NCBI GenBank assembly: GCA_024137785.1
Contig: JAHRHZ010000144.1
Location: 80,299,606-80,363,605 of the forward strand
Source of the DNA: Ginglymostoma cirratum
Taxonomy: Eukaryota
DNA length: 64,000 nucleotides
Direction: 5' to 3'
Translations under genes and position numbers: made by a program
Part shown: positions 27,301 to 40,250 of the stretch, one piece after another
Position numbering within the stretch: the first letter of the stretch is position 1
How the letters are laid out: each line of letters starts with the position of its first letter
The notes under the pieces: model-generated
The model's database searches: none
Seen by the model: the letters and a program-made list of their open reading frames with translations, nothing else
What the model was told of the DNA's origin: nothing

Positions 27301-27399
27301 CTATAGCATTATTGCGACCTTTACCCTGGTACCATATGGGGTTCAGCTGCTCAGGAAGGAGGAAATGGAGTTGAAGACCAATAGCAATAAGTACTTCAC

Positions 27400-28680
27400 T
27401 AGGGGAACAGACAAGTGTTTGTCACTGTAGATGCGACTTCAAGATGGTCTGGTGCCAGGGTCGCAGTCACTGGCTCGAGGATATTCTTCTTGGAGGATGA
27501 GCATTCAGATGTCTTGGTCTATACTGGTACTACAACAAAAGTTTGAAAAGGGATAAGACTCTGTGGGCAAATTTCAGAGTTTGGAGGGATTAAAAAACTG
27601 GACGTCTAAAAGCAATGCCATGTGCTCGTGAGCGTAAATATGAAGATTGCACCATTAAACACGAGGCTGGAGAACGCTCAAATTTCTGAGGCGGTTTGTC
27701 TACATCTGAGGCATTTGTACAGGATGGGTGCCTTGTACTGTAGTAGGACTAGGTTTAACATCCTTGCAGGGAAATTTGTTAATGCTGTTGGGCAAGGTGT
27801 TTTTGTTTAGACAGATGTAGCCATACCTAATTACTTTGGAGGAGGAGGAGTTGGTGGTGGTGGCGAGCTTCCTTACTGAGCCTAAGTAGTGCTTGGGGTG
27901 TTCAGATTTAAATAGGAGAGTAAGAACTGAGCAGGACCTCTAATTAGAGGGAAGTGAAATGCAGGAAACAATGGTAGAAAACAAAAAAATTAGACTGAAA
28001 CTAAGGCAAGTATTAAGTGGGATCAGAATATCAAATGATGTTATGAAGACTAAGTTAAAGGCAACCTCTCTGAATGTATGCAGCATTTGCAACAAGGCAG
28101 ATGATTTGAAGGCACAAATAGAGATTAATGGATATGATTTGATTGCCATGTCATAGTGACTGAAGACTGAGAACTGAATATTCAAGGATATTCATCATTT
28201 AGGAAGGATAGACCAAATGTTGAAATAGGTGAAATAGTGCCCTTAAATGATGAGATCAGTACATTAGTGAGAGAGGATCTTGTATGAAAGGTTTGAGATG
28301 TAGAATCAGTTTGGGCAGGATTAAGAAACTGCAAGCAGATATTTGGAGTTGTTTGTAGGCAGATTAGCAATGTTGGGCAGTTATAAATCTGGAAATTAGT
28401 GATGCATGTCACATGAGTAATAGAATAATTATAGATGAGTTGACTTTGCACACTGGCTAAAGCAAATCAGTAGAAATGCTGTGAAGGATGAATTTCTGGA
28501 TTGTGTACAGGAATGATTCTGGAGCACATATTAAAGAAACAATTCTAAAATAGCCTGATCTCTACTTAATATTGTTACGAGAAAGGGCTAATTAATAATC
28601 TTGACCATAAGGGAGCCTTTGGGAAATAGTGATCATAATATGTTATGTTATAAATTTAGATAAAAAAATTTGAAAGTGAT
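27400..28680 (+). mobile_element. Degenerate CR1 5' region (ORF1 esterase end and ORF2 endonuclease start)
   Basis: LNVCSICNKADDLKAQIEINGYDLIA (APE motif I), FRKDR, PLGNSDHN and GARV-type ORF1 remnants. Confidence 0.7.
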
Positions 28681-28744
28681 GCAGTTCATTCTAAAACTTG
28701 AATCTCAAGTTGTTTTGAAGTGCCAATTTTTAATGTTTTGTTTA

Positions 28745-28942
28745 TAGAATCCCCACAGTGTGGAAACAGGCCCTTCAGCCGAACAAATCCACACCAACCC
28801 TCAGGGCTTCCCACCCTGTAATCCGTCTAATCTACTCATCCCTGAACACTACAGGCATGACCAATCCACCTAGCCTGCACATCTTTGGACTGTGGAAGGA
28901 AACCGGAGCATGCGGAGGAAACCCACGCAGACACAGGGAGAG
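28745..28942 (-). mobile_element. HE1-like SINE, 5'-truncated
   Basis: Homologous to the 3' two-thirds of the other copies. Confidence 0.75.
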
Positions 28943-29369
28943 TTAAGAATCACCAATGCATTTTTGGTCTACAGACCTAGATGTATTCTGATATTGCTGC
29001 AGTCGACAAAGTAGAATCCAAGGTAGAGATGTGAACAAAACCTGGAAACACAGAACTGGATTCTGAAGATATGTGCAAACAAGATGCTTGATTATTGTGG
29101 GTGACAGAGCGGTTGGCAGAATGGCTTCTAACATAAGTTCTCATTTTTGTATCACTTTTAAAATTAACAAAACTTGTGTTTCAGGCTGGTAGAATAAAAC
29201 AGGCTGGGACTATTTTTGTCTAGGCTGCAAGGAAATATGGTTTGTTGATTCTGAAATGTTTGGTAGGATAAATATATTCTATTTGTTGGTTTAACCAAAT
29301 GTAAGAGCTGTACATATAAGATAGTTGCACATATATTTAGGAGTGAATTTGGAGGAACTTCTTTCATTA

Positions 29370-30200
29370 GACATTGGAGCAGAAATTAGGCCGTTCGGCC
29401 TATCGAGTCTGTTCCACCTTTCACGGCTGAGAAGTTCCTCAACCCCATTCTCCTGCTTTCTCCCCGTAACCCTTGATCCCCTTGATAATCAAGAACCTAT
29501 CTATCTCAGTCTTAAATGTACTCAGAAGACTGGGGAGGCCAGGTCATTGTGGCAGTGAATTCCATAGAATCACCACTCTCTGGCTGAAGAAGATTCTTCA
29601 TATCTTTGTTCTAAAAGGTCTTCCCTTTACTCTAAGGCTGTGCCCTTGGGTCCTAGTCTCTTTCCCCCCAGTGGAAGCATCTTCCCAACATCCACTGTGT
29701 CTAGGCCTTTCAGTATTCTGTAAGTTTCAATTAGATTCCCCCCTCATCCTTCTAAACTCCAATGAGTATAGTCCCAGAGTCCTCAAACATTCCTTATATG
29801 TTAAGCTTTCCATTCCTGGGACCATTCTCATGAATCACCTCTGAATTCGCTCCAGAGCCAGTACATCCTTCCTGAGATTTGGGGCCCAAAACGGCACGCA
29901 ATACTGCAAATGTGGCCTGACCAGAGCCTTTTAAAGCCTCAGTAGTACATCCCTGCTTTTATATTCATGTCCTCTCAAAATAAATGCCAGCGTTGCATTT
30001 GCTGTCCTGACTACTGACTCAACCTGCAAGTTTACCTTGAGAGAATCCTGGACTAGAACTCCCAAGTGTCTCTGCACTTCATATTTATGAATTTTCTCCC
30101 CATTTAGAAAATATTCCATGCTTTTATTCTTCTACCAAAGTGCATGACCTCACACTTTCCCACATTGTACTCCATCTGCCACTTCTTTGCCCACTCTCCT
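29370..30200 (-). mobile_element. CR1 LINE 3' fragment
   Basis: WAKKWQMEYNVGKCEVMHFG; LGVLVQDSLKVNLQVESVV..AN. Confidence 0.88.
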
Positions 30201-30489
30201 TTCCTGAGAATGTAGAGCTGGAAACCAGAAAGAGTAGTTGAGATTAATTGTATGAATGTATTTTGGGGAAGGCTCAATAAATTATTGAGGATCAAAGGAA
30301 TTGCTGGATATATGGATAGAGTTGATGAGTCAAGATGGATAGAATCTTGAATGGAGTAATAATAGCGTGGACTTGCTGGGCTGAATGACCTTTTTCTTCT
30401 GTGCTGTAATTACGTTATAATTTGTCTTTGTCTTTATCTTGATTACTAATTTTGAATTATAAGGTTTAATTTTTTAAAATCATGTTTAC

Positions 30490-30930
30490 AAAAATGATCC
30501 TGGAGATGAAGGGCTTGTCATGTGAAGATTAGTTGAGGATCTGGGTCTGTGCTTGGAGTTTAGAAGGATGAGGGGTGATCTGATTGAAAGTTACAGAATA
30601 CTGAGAGGCCTAAACAGACTGGACGTGGTGAACATGTTTTCCATTAGTAGGTGAGACTAGGACTGGAGGACTCTGCCTCACAATGAAGGGATGACCCTTT
30701 TCGAGCTGAGATGAGGAGGAATATCTTGAGTCAGGGGGTGGTGAATCTGTGGAGCTCATTTGATGCAGAAGGCAGTAGAGGCCAAGTCATCCAATGTATT
30801 TAAGACACAGTTTCTTGATTTCGAAGGAAACAAAGGGTTGTGGGGAGAAGGCAAGAGAATGGGGTTTAGATTCATATCTACTATGAATGGTGTAGCAGAT
30901 TTGATGGGCTGAATGGCCTAATTCTCTTAT
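30490..30930 (+). mobile_element. CR1 LINE 3' fragment
   Basis: Similar to the 3' ends of other copies (gggctgaatggcctaattct). Confidence 0.7.
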
Positions 30931-31574
30931 GTTAAGATCTTATCAAGGCATTTTTAGTTGAATTCAAAGATGGTGCGAGAGGAATCTTTGCAGATGTATG
31001 ATAGTCATTGGAATTATGGCTTATTTCCACTCAATGCTGATTTATTTAAATCTAAGAATTTTCACATTTTAGCTGATTGAAAAGGATACTCAAGTTAAGA
31101 ATTTTCAAAGTACAGAAACACTTTTGACTATCTGTATACTAAAGCTGTTTAACTTATTGTTTTAAAAAAGCAAACATTATTAACTTGTATTGCATAAATC
31201 GAGGCAATGACTTAGTGTAAGTACTCATTTCTGTAATTTTCTTTCAAACTGAGATTAAAATTGGGAGCCAGCCATTGGGGGAGGGGAAAGTCAATTTGCA
31301 ACTGATCCAGGGCTGCCAAGGCGCACATCCGGGTTTGGAGTTTGGCAGAGCCATTGTATCTGTAGAAATATTTTTGGCAGATGGTATGACATAAAGCAGG
31401 ATGTGTTCGAGAAGATGCAAATTACCTGCAAGACTGAGTTGGTGAAACATCTGTAAGATGAATTGCTTACATTAAATATTTTCAAGTTTTATAATTGTCT
31501 CTCGGAGGTTTACTTACAACTTTCCAGCTGAAAGATAACTGTGGCAACAGGAGCAAAACCAGAAAGGGAAGCAT

Positions 31575-31925
31575 GGTGATATAGTTGAGGTTGGTTGGTT
31601 CGCCGAGCTGGTTCGTTGTTCCGCAGACATTTCATTACCTTGCTGGGTAACATCAGTGCAGCCTCCAATGAAGCGCCATTGTGTTTTCCCGTCTGGTATT
31701 TTAAACTGTGGAGTCCGTTGAACTGGATTACCTCACTTCCAGTTTTCCTTCACAATGGAGTGTATATGTGGTCTAGCTCTGTGTTTATTGTTGGCTTTCT
31801 TCGTGGAGTACCAGGCTTCTAGGAACTCCCATGCTTGTCTCTGCTTTGCTTGTCCCAGGATCTTGGTGTTGTCCCAATTGAATTGGTGGTTCTCCTTATC
31901 CATGTGGATAGAGATGAGTGAGTGA
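31575..31925 (-). mobile_element. Penelope-like element 3' fragment
   Basis: The - strand encodes SLISIHMDKENHQFNWDNTKILGQAKQRQAWEFLEAWYS (GIY-YIG C-terminus), followed by a hammerhead-like terminal motif. Confidence 0.82.
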
Positions 31926-31994
31926 GTGAATATTCAGATTCTGTGTAGTCAGGAGATGAATTACTCACTGGAACTCTCGGGCTTTGACCTAGGG

Positions 31995-33455
31995 TCAGAG
32001 CATATGGCACGGAAGCCTTTTGGTTCAACTTGTCCATGCTGATCAAGTTTCCCAAATTAAACTAGTTCTATTTGCCTATGTTTTGGCCCAAATCTCTCTA
32101 AACCTTTTTTTTCCTGTTCAAATACCTGTCCAAATGTCTTTTAAATGTTGTAAATGTACCTGCATCTATCACTTCCTCTGTTTATTTCGCATACCCAAAC
32201 CACCCTCTGTATTGAAAAGGTTCCCCACCCCGGTCCCAATGAAATCTTTCTCCTTTCACTTCAAAATATGCCTCCTAGTTTTGAAGCCCCTAACCCAAGG
32301 GAAAATACCTTTGCAATTCACCTTGTCTATGCCCCTCGTGATTTTATATACCTCAATAAAGTCACCCCTCAACCTCCTATGCTCCACTGGAAAAAGTCCG
32401 AGCCTTTCCTTATAACGTAAGCCCTCCAATCCCAGCAACATCCTGGTAAACCTGTTCTGAACCCTCTTTAAATTTAATAATACCCTTCCTATAGTAAGGC
32501 AACCAGAGTTGTACATGGCATTCCAAAAGTGGCCCACCTATGTTCTGTACAACTTCAATATGACATCCCGATTCTTGTACTTGATGGTCTGAGCAATGAA
32601 GGCAAGCATGCTAAATGTCTTTCGTAAACACCTTGTCTACCTGCAATGCAACTTTCACCTGCAGTCTTTAGACCTGCCCCTTGTCTGTTTTTTACCAAGA
32701 TGTGATACCTGCATTTATCCAAATTAAACTCCATTGGCCACTCCTCAGCCCATTGGCCTAATTGGAAATCTTAGATAACTTTTTTCACTGTCCAGTATTC
32801 CAGTAAATTTGATGTCACCTGCAAACTTGCTAACCATGCCTCCTAAATTCACATCTAAATTGTTTGTATAAATGACAAATAACAGTGGACCCAGCACCGT
32901 TCCCTGTGGAACACCACTGGTCACAGACTTGAGGTTCAGAAAACAGCCCTCCAACAACACCCAGCGATAGTAAGAACTGCCGATGCTGGAGTCAGAGATA
33001 ACAGTGTGGAACTGGAGGAATGCAGCAGGCCAGGCAGCATCAGAAGAGTAGGAAAGTTGACGCTTTGGGTTGGGACTCTTCAGAAAATCAGAATTCCTGA
33101 AACGTCAACTTTCTTACTCCCCTGCTGCCTGGCCTGCTGTGTTCCTCCAGCTCCACACTGTGCTACCTACAACAACACCCTCCGTCTCTTACCATTAAGC
33201 TAATTTTCTATCCAATTGACAAGTTCTCCCTGAATCCCATGTGATCTAACTTTAATTTGTCCAATGTATAGAACTTTTGATAAGCTGTATTAATGTCCAT
33301 GTAGACAATGTCTCCTGCTCTGCTGTCATCTATCTTTTTGCTTACATCGTCAAACTCAGTCAAGTTTGAGACACGATTTCCTATGCACAAAGCCATGCTG
33401 ACCATCCGTAATCAGTCCTTGCCTCTTCAATTGCATGTAAATCTTATCTCTCAAA
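31995..33455 (-). mobile_element. CR1 RT fragment interrupted by a palindromic element
   Basis: SVTSGVPQGTVLGPLLFVIY, RVQNRFTRMLLGLEGL, RLRGDFIEVYKI. Confidence 0.88.
32963..33169. mobile_element. Family A palindromic element inserted in a CR1
   Basis: 11-bp TSD caacaacaccc (32952-32962, 33170-33180); removing it restores CR1 continuity. Confidence 0.88.
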
Positions 33456-35717
33456 ATTATGGCTTTAAAGTGTCTTTTGTCCTGTTTTTCATGAAGGGTT
33501 GGTACAGAGCGTTCTGCTCAGAGCTAACAAAGTAAATAATTTGTGAGGCCTTGGGTTTTTTTTAAATGTAGGAACAATAGAAGCAACTTAAATGGGTGAC
33601 GTCAAGCTCCCACAGAGCCAGGATTTTTATTTTTAGCTTTCTGCAGTTGCTGGGGTCTTTAAGCTGGATTTGGAATCTCATGTTCCTCTCTGTTACAGCT
33701 AAAAGGTGGGGTTCTGTTCCTACTGCTAAATTGCATGTGAGACAATCTATTTTACTGAATTTGCCTTTGCCAGGGGTGCGTTTATGGAATGTTACTTTTT
33801 TGAACAGTTAGTAGCTAATGTATATCTTATTTCGTTAAGAATTTTGATGGTTAAGTCATGTTGATTTTTAAACTATAGTGTTTAAACAAAAAAAAGGTGT
33901 TTTGTTTAGTTGTGTAGTTTAGCCAGTTGAATTGCATCTGGAACACAGTGCCGTACACTTAGCCTAGACTGTAATGTTTTCTTATTTTAAAAGTTATCTT
34001 TTTAACGCATTTTGAGGGATTTGGTCCAATTCATAACAGAATTCCCTTCAACAACTTACCCACCACTGATGTCAGTCTTCTCCTCTCAGCCTTCCCTAAG
34101 TAGGGGTACAACATTAGCCACCCTCCAGTTCTCCGGCACTTCACCTGTGGCTATGGATGATGCAAGTAGGGGCCCTACAATTTCTTTCCTAGCTTCCCAC
34201 AATGTCCTAAGTCCTGAAGCTTTATCTACCTATGTTTTTTAAGACCTCCAGCACCACCTCTTTGTCTGTGGACTCTTTCCAAGACATCACTGTTTATTTC
34301 CCGGAGTTCCGTAGCCTCCATGTCTTTCTCCATAGTAAACAAAAATATTTGTTTAGTATCTCTCTCATCTTCTGTGGTTCCACACATGGATCTCTTCTAG
34401 CCACAGTAATTAGATGGTCCAATTACATTTCTGGTTGATGGTTATTCCCTAGGATGTGGCTGTTGGAGATGGGAATGTCAAGCAGCAAGATTTCTGCACT
34501 GTTGGAGATGTTCCATGTTATTTGCCAGTTATCAGCCCAAGACTGTCAGAGGGTAGTGAACCTTTGGTATTGCTCACCTTAGAGTGCTGTTTCAAATAAA
34601 ATGCTGCTCTCCTATTACAATGCTGTAGAAACTGTATGATTAGGTATTTTCAGGGCTAAGATTCTTAATCAGTAAGGGAATCAAAGGTTATGGGAATAAA
34701 GTCACAAAGTGAAGTTGAGGATTTTTAGATCAGCCATGATCACATAGAATGGCAAAGCAGGCACGATGTTCTGAATGGTCTATTTCTCCCACATCTTATG
34801 GCCTTAGGTGAATGAGTGGGTCTTTTTGCTTCTCAGTCCTGTTCTGGCTGATCAGTGTTGTATGACTTCATCTACGTGCTTTGGCTCCATAAAACTTAAT
34901 ACCCTTGTCTAACAAAAATCCAACCAGTACTTTATTTCAATTGAAAGTATTAAAATGAATGCGACAGTTTTTACGATTGCTCGTGGTGATGGAGGAAAGA
35001 ATTCGAAGTTTCCAACATTATAATAAGTACTTTCTGACATTACTACAATGATACCTCAAAGAGTACTTATAATTGGCTGCAAAACACTTAGGGGCATCTT
35101 GTGGTTGTGAAAGACACTGTGTACAGGCAAGTTTTTTTTTTTCCTTTCAGCAATTACACCTGAATGCTCATGCTCTTCCCCGTACCATCAGAAAAATGTT
35201 TCTCTGTACGTACCCATTCAACTAATTAGATTATCTCAAATTCGTCTGTTAAATCGCCCTCAAATCTTATCTATTCAATACTATTAGAAGCCTAATATAT
35301 ACAACCTATTCTCGGACTATAACCCATGTCGTCCTGGTATCATTCTGGTGAATCTGTTCTGTTAAGTCTTAAGTCACCATGTTTCTAATGGCCAGAACTG
35401 AAAGCGTTCTTCCAAATTAAGTTTAACTGGAGTTCTGCACACTGTAGTTTAACTTTCTTTTCTTTGTGTTCCAGCCATCATGAGATACAGACCGATATTC
35501 CATTCACCATTATAAATCTTTTCTGTACCTGTTATCTGGCTTTTGCTGATTTTTGTACTTGGACCCCATAATCTCTATGCTCATTCACAGTTGTCAACGA
35601 TTCTTGCTAATTAGAAAATACCACCATTTAAATCTATTTATCTTGGGCCCAAAGTGGATTACCAGATGCTATTAATTGAATGGTATCAGTCTTCAGTTTT
35701 AATTAACTTTCTCCTGC

Positions 35718-35794
35718 GGTGCCAGAGCTCAGTTGATTAAAGTGCCTGCCTGGTAAACAGGACATCCTGGGCTCAAATCTCAGTCATGCCTCCG
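35718..35794 (+). pseudogene. tRNA-Thr(AGT)-derived pseudogene
   Basis: GGTGCCAGAGCTCAGTTGATTAAAGTGCCTGCCTGGTAAACAGGACATCCTGGGCTCAAATCTCAGTCATGCCT+CCG is colinear with vertebrate tRNA-Thr-AGT (GGCGCCGTGGCTTAGTTGGTTAAAGCGCCTGTCTAGTAAACAGGAGATCCTGGGTTCGAATCCCAGCGGTGCCT). T-loop and acceptor stem are broken. Confidence 0.8.
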
Positions 35795-35970
35795 CCTTGT
35801 ATTGAAGATTTCTCATTTAGTCTTGTTTCAAATGCCAGGTTGTTGATCTAACCTTGTGCTGTCGAAGGAGACAGTTGAGTATGCTTCTGGTTTTTGACCT
35901 AAGCCAGTTGTAACACGGTGCTCCCATTCCTGTTGCCTGGCTTTGACTCCACCCAGAAGTGTTGTTTCTT

Positions 35971-36257
35971 GGGGTGGCATGGTGGCTCAGTGATTAGCAC
36001 TGCAGCCTCCCAGCAGCAGGGACCTGGTTCAATTCTAGCCTCTGGCGACTGTGCAAACTCCACACAGACACATATTGCCCCCTCGTCTGTGTAGGTTTTC
36101 TCCCACAGTCGAGGGATTGTATAGTTAAGGTTGATAAGTCATCACGTTAATGTTACAGAGAAAAGGTAGGGGAGTGAGTCTGGGTTGGATGCTGTACGGA
36201 GAGTCAGTGTGGATTTGTTGGGCTAAATGGCCTGTTTCCCCTTTGCAGGGATTCTAT
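35971..36257 (+). mobile_element. HE1-like SINE
   Basis: ggtggcatggtggctcagtgattagcact...ggttcaattc head; ends ggcctgtttcc...gggattctat. Confidence 0.8.
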
Positions 36258-36665
36258 AAAGGCTTTATAAAAACTTGTATAAACCAGTGAAATTTGCAAA
36301 TATCATATGAAATTGTTGTAACCTGTAGCAATGAAGGCTTGAAGTCTTCCAATTTGATGCATTTGTTTTCTGAATAGTATTGGTCAACTGTTGACTTTGT
36401 TTCATGCATTTGGATTTTTAACTGGCAGAGGTTCAGTTCAGAGATCTTTGTTTTAAAGGTTTTGGAGTTTGATACAATAAGTTTCACGACTGTAATTTGA
36501 TCTCTATCACAATAGTAGAATGTTACAACACTGAAAAATAGGGCCCAAAACTCCATAGTCTCTGCTTAATTTTAATGTTTGCTGTACTGTTTAACCTGTT
36601 TAGGCAAGCAAGTCCTTTTCAAAGCTTTGCTTCAGCAGAGATTTTTAACATTTTTTTTCTCTTCA

Positions 36666-36872
36666 GAGATGATAGGAACTGCAGATGCTGGAGAATCTGA
36701 GATAACAAGATGTAGAGCTGGATGAACACAGCAGGCCAAGCAGCATCAGAGGAGCAGGAAAGTTGACATTTAGGGCCTAGACCCTTTGGTCGAGGCCCAA
36801 AACGTCAACTTTCCTGCTGCTCTGATGCTGCTTGGCCTGCTGTGGTCATCCAGCTCTACACCTTGTTATCTC
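36666..36872. mobile_element. Family A palindromic element (~85-bp arms, 4-nt loop)
   Basis: 36699-36783 is a near-perfect reverse complement of 36788-36872. Confidence 0.88.
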
Positions 36873-37269
36873 TTTTTTTGTTTCTTTGCCAGTTTTTAAT
36901 TTAATTTTTTGGAGCATAAGTTTGTGACATCTAGTTAATGCTTGGTTAACTGTTGGAAACATGCAATCATTGAGGTTTCTTTGCCACTGGAACTAGATCT
37001 GCCTTCTGTTGGGGACTCTATATCTGCTGATTTGTGACAGAATTCCCATGTTAAAAGTTGTCTCACACGAGGTCTACCTAGAACATGCAATTTCCTAGAT
37101 GGGCAACCCTACTCGTTAGCAAGTGATTTACTGATGACAATGACCTTGAGCAACCAATAGAAAACCTTTTCATTAGAAGATCTTTTCATCATTCTAGTAT
37201 TTCAGTAGTTTAAAATGCAGTGACATTATGGAGTATTTTACAACATATAATTGAATCAAAATTTTGAAG

Positions 37270-37755
37270 TAGTCATAGAGATGTACAGCAAGGAAACCAA
37301 CCCTTTGGTCCAACTCGTTCATGCCGACCACATATCCTCAATTAATCTAGTCCCATTTTCCAGCTTTTTGCCCATATCCCTCCCAACTCTTCCTACTCAT
37401 GTACCCATTCAGATGCCTTTTAAATGTTGTAATCGTACCAGTCTCCTCTACTTCCTCTGGCAGCTCATTCCATACATGCATCATCCTCTGCATGAAAAAG
37501 ATGCCCTTTTAGGTCCCTTTTAAATCTTTCCTCTTTCACCTTAGGTCTATGCCTTCTATTTTTAGACTCCCTTCCCCTGGGGAAAAGACCTTGACTGTTC
37601 ACCCAATCCATGCCCCTCATGATCTTAAACCTCTATAAGGTCACCCCTTGACCTACAATGCTACAAGGAAAATAGCCCCAGCCAGTTCAGCATCTCCCTA
37701 TAACTCAGCTCCTCCAACCCTGGCAACATCCTTGTAAATCCTTTCTAAACCCTTC
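37270..37755 (-). mobile_element. CR1 LINE 3' fragment
   Basis: Homologous to 31995-32480. Confidence 0.8.
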
Positions 37756-40064
37756 TATACTGTATTTCTGAGATTGATAATTGAACAATCTGTTTTGAAG
37801 CCCTTTGATGATTTTGTTCTTGCTCAAAACCAGTGAGTACAGCTGCAATATTTTTGGTTAAATGCCTATATTTATATCTGGAATGTCAGAGAGAACTAAG
37901 GCAAAGACAACTCCTAAACTAAGTATAACCCATACCTAAAGTAGGTATGCTGTAGCAGAATTGAATTCAAATTAAATAATGGATGCTTCTGAACTTGTAT
38001 TCTGAGTTTTGTATTTTAGTTTCCCCTAACTTGTACTGTGCTGTTGTTATTTATGTTTACACAATCAGCAATTGAGTGAACCTAAAATTAGAAGTTCAAA
38101 GTTGAAAATGTGACCTCGTTTCGATAGAAATGCACACGAGACATTGATTTCATAATAAAATTCTAGCAAAAAGATGGAATTACCTTTTTTGAGTGACCAG
38201 TTGGTCTGGTTAGGACACTTCTCTAAAGGAATTTGAAATTTCTAGCTAACTACCTTTTTGATTAGTATCTTATTACAGAATGCTGTAGAACTATTCTCAC
38301 GGTCAAACAGAAGAAGTATTCTTGTCTTCTTTGGTACTATGTCAATCCAAATGTATGGCATTTGAGGATTCCTTATTTCTTGTGCTGAATCTGGGGTGCA
38401 CTGGGTGATCTTGTGCCTTTGGTAGTTGGTGCTTGATTTCTGATTGGCACAGGTACTCTTTCTTTGCTAAATATTTTTAATCAATCTCTTCAGAGATGTT
38501 AAGTTGTATCTCTGGAGCAGGTGGGAATTGAACCTGGACCTTCTGGCCCTGAGGTAGAGAGAGTACCATTATGCCACATAAGCCCTGCTAAATCTGATTT
38601 ATTTGAGCTGCTTTTCAGGCCTAGCTATTAATGTAGCTTAGCTTAGTTGAGCAGTCATTCATTACTGATTTTCAAAATTCAGTTTATTGTACTTGCAATA
38701 TGATAGGTCTGAGTGGTTTTGAAGCAATGCTACCTGTTTGTAACTTTGGCGATTTTCTACATCTCTTGTAAATTTCACTATATCCCTAAAAAGACTTGAT
38801 TTTCTATCTGTTCTTCTAACTTCTTTCCTTTTGTGCTTGCATTTGTAGTTTGCTATGGAAGTTATGGAAGCTTACCTACATGCTTGTTGGCAGATTTTCC
38901 CTTATTACTGCCTGTGCTGCATCTGTTTTAAGTCATCTTAAACACTTCAGTCTGTATTCCTAATCCTAGTCACTTTGTCAGGCACGTCCCAAACATTTGG
39001 GGTTTCATCTCTTGTCCCTTTCGTTGTATGACAGTAGTTTTCAGTTGGTAGGCCATGAAATTTTGTTCAAGGTAATAAAAGTCAATATAAAACAAACATT
39101 ATTTCCTCTTAAATAATATTCTACCCAACTAAAATTAGCACCCTGTTGGTGTCACCCTGCGTTGCAAGCCAGTCGTTCATCTAACCCACACCTTCCTAGT
39201 ATTCCGAAAAAGGACTTCTGAATATTATAATTTCTTAGCAAACTGTGTCTGCCAGTACCCCCAAGAGGCAATTGTACATGATTGACTTTGACTTTAACAC
39301 GTGCAATAGACCAGTGTGATAGCTTTTGGGGTATTATTTGCTCTATCCTTTGCATTCAAGAGTAATGACCATTGGCCAAAAAAGGGTTTTTTGTTAAAAG
39401 TTAGTTCCTGCAGAGAAATCCAAATAGCTGTTTGGTAGTCCATGACTTGAGTATGTATTGCTGAAAAAAGATTTTTGTCTTGCAGTCATCTGGCCGATTT
39501 GTTGTAATACCAATTTAAGGGGGTAACTAATATTTACATTGTATGAGAAGAGTGCTGAATGTTAACAAATGAACTTTGGTAGAAATGTTGCAATGGACAT
39601 CGCAGCATTTAATGATTGACCATTAACTACCAAGCTCAGTTAAAATTTTAAACCAAGCAGGTGTCTCTGAATGTATGGCTCTAAGAAAAGACCCTGAAAA
39701 TGGATGTAGCCTATAGTCTTGAGTTGACACTGACTCTATATATACGAATTAATTCTAGCCTGCAAGGAATAAGGTCCTGTATTAATATTAGCTGACAAAG
39801 GTGGTCTGTATTGTGAGCCTGCCTGACATGCTAAATTGCTTGTCAATGGTCTTCTTTGCGCACACTGGCTGATTTTAGCAAGTGTTACCCAATTGCAGAA
39901 TTGCGTCTAATATTGGATTTTATGTTGAGTATTGAATCCGAGGGCCAGTTGGCTATGATCAGCATTTTGTTGTTGTGAGCAGCCATAGGGTTATGCTGTT
40001 TGCTATGAACTGCATTTTGCATGAGTTACCTACGTCTCACTGGCACTGAAATTCATATATAACA

Positions 40065-40250
40065 TTGTTGAATTGTGTGACAGGCAGAAATGTTTCAGAT
40101 CCAGTGACCTTCACTCAGAATGTTCTGAGGAAGAGTCACTGGACTGGAAACATTTCTAATTTCTGTCCACTGATCTTGCCAGACCTGTTGAGAATTTCTA
40201 GCAATTTCTGATTTTGTTTGTTTTTCCGGCATCCGCAGTTCTTTTGGTTT
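40065..40250. mobile_element. Family B element
   Basis: tccagtgaccttcactcagaatgttctgaggaagagtcactggactggaaacat plus tail. Related copies at ~20200-20295, 42075-42240, 59480-59645 and 60725-60887. Confidence 0.75.
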
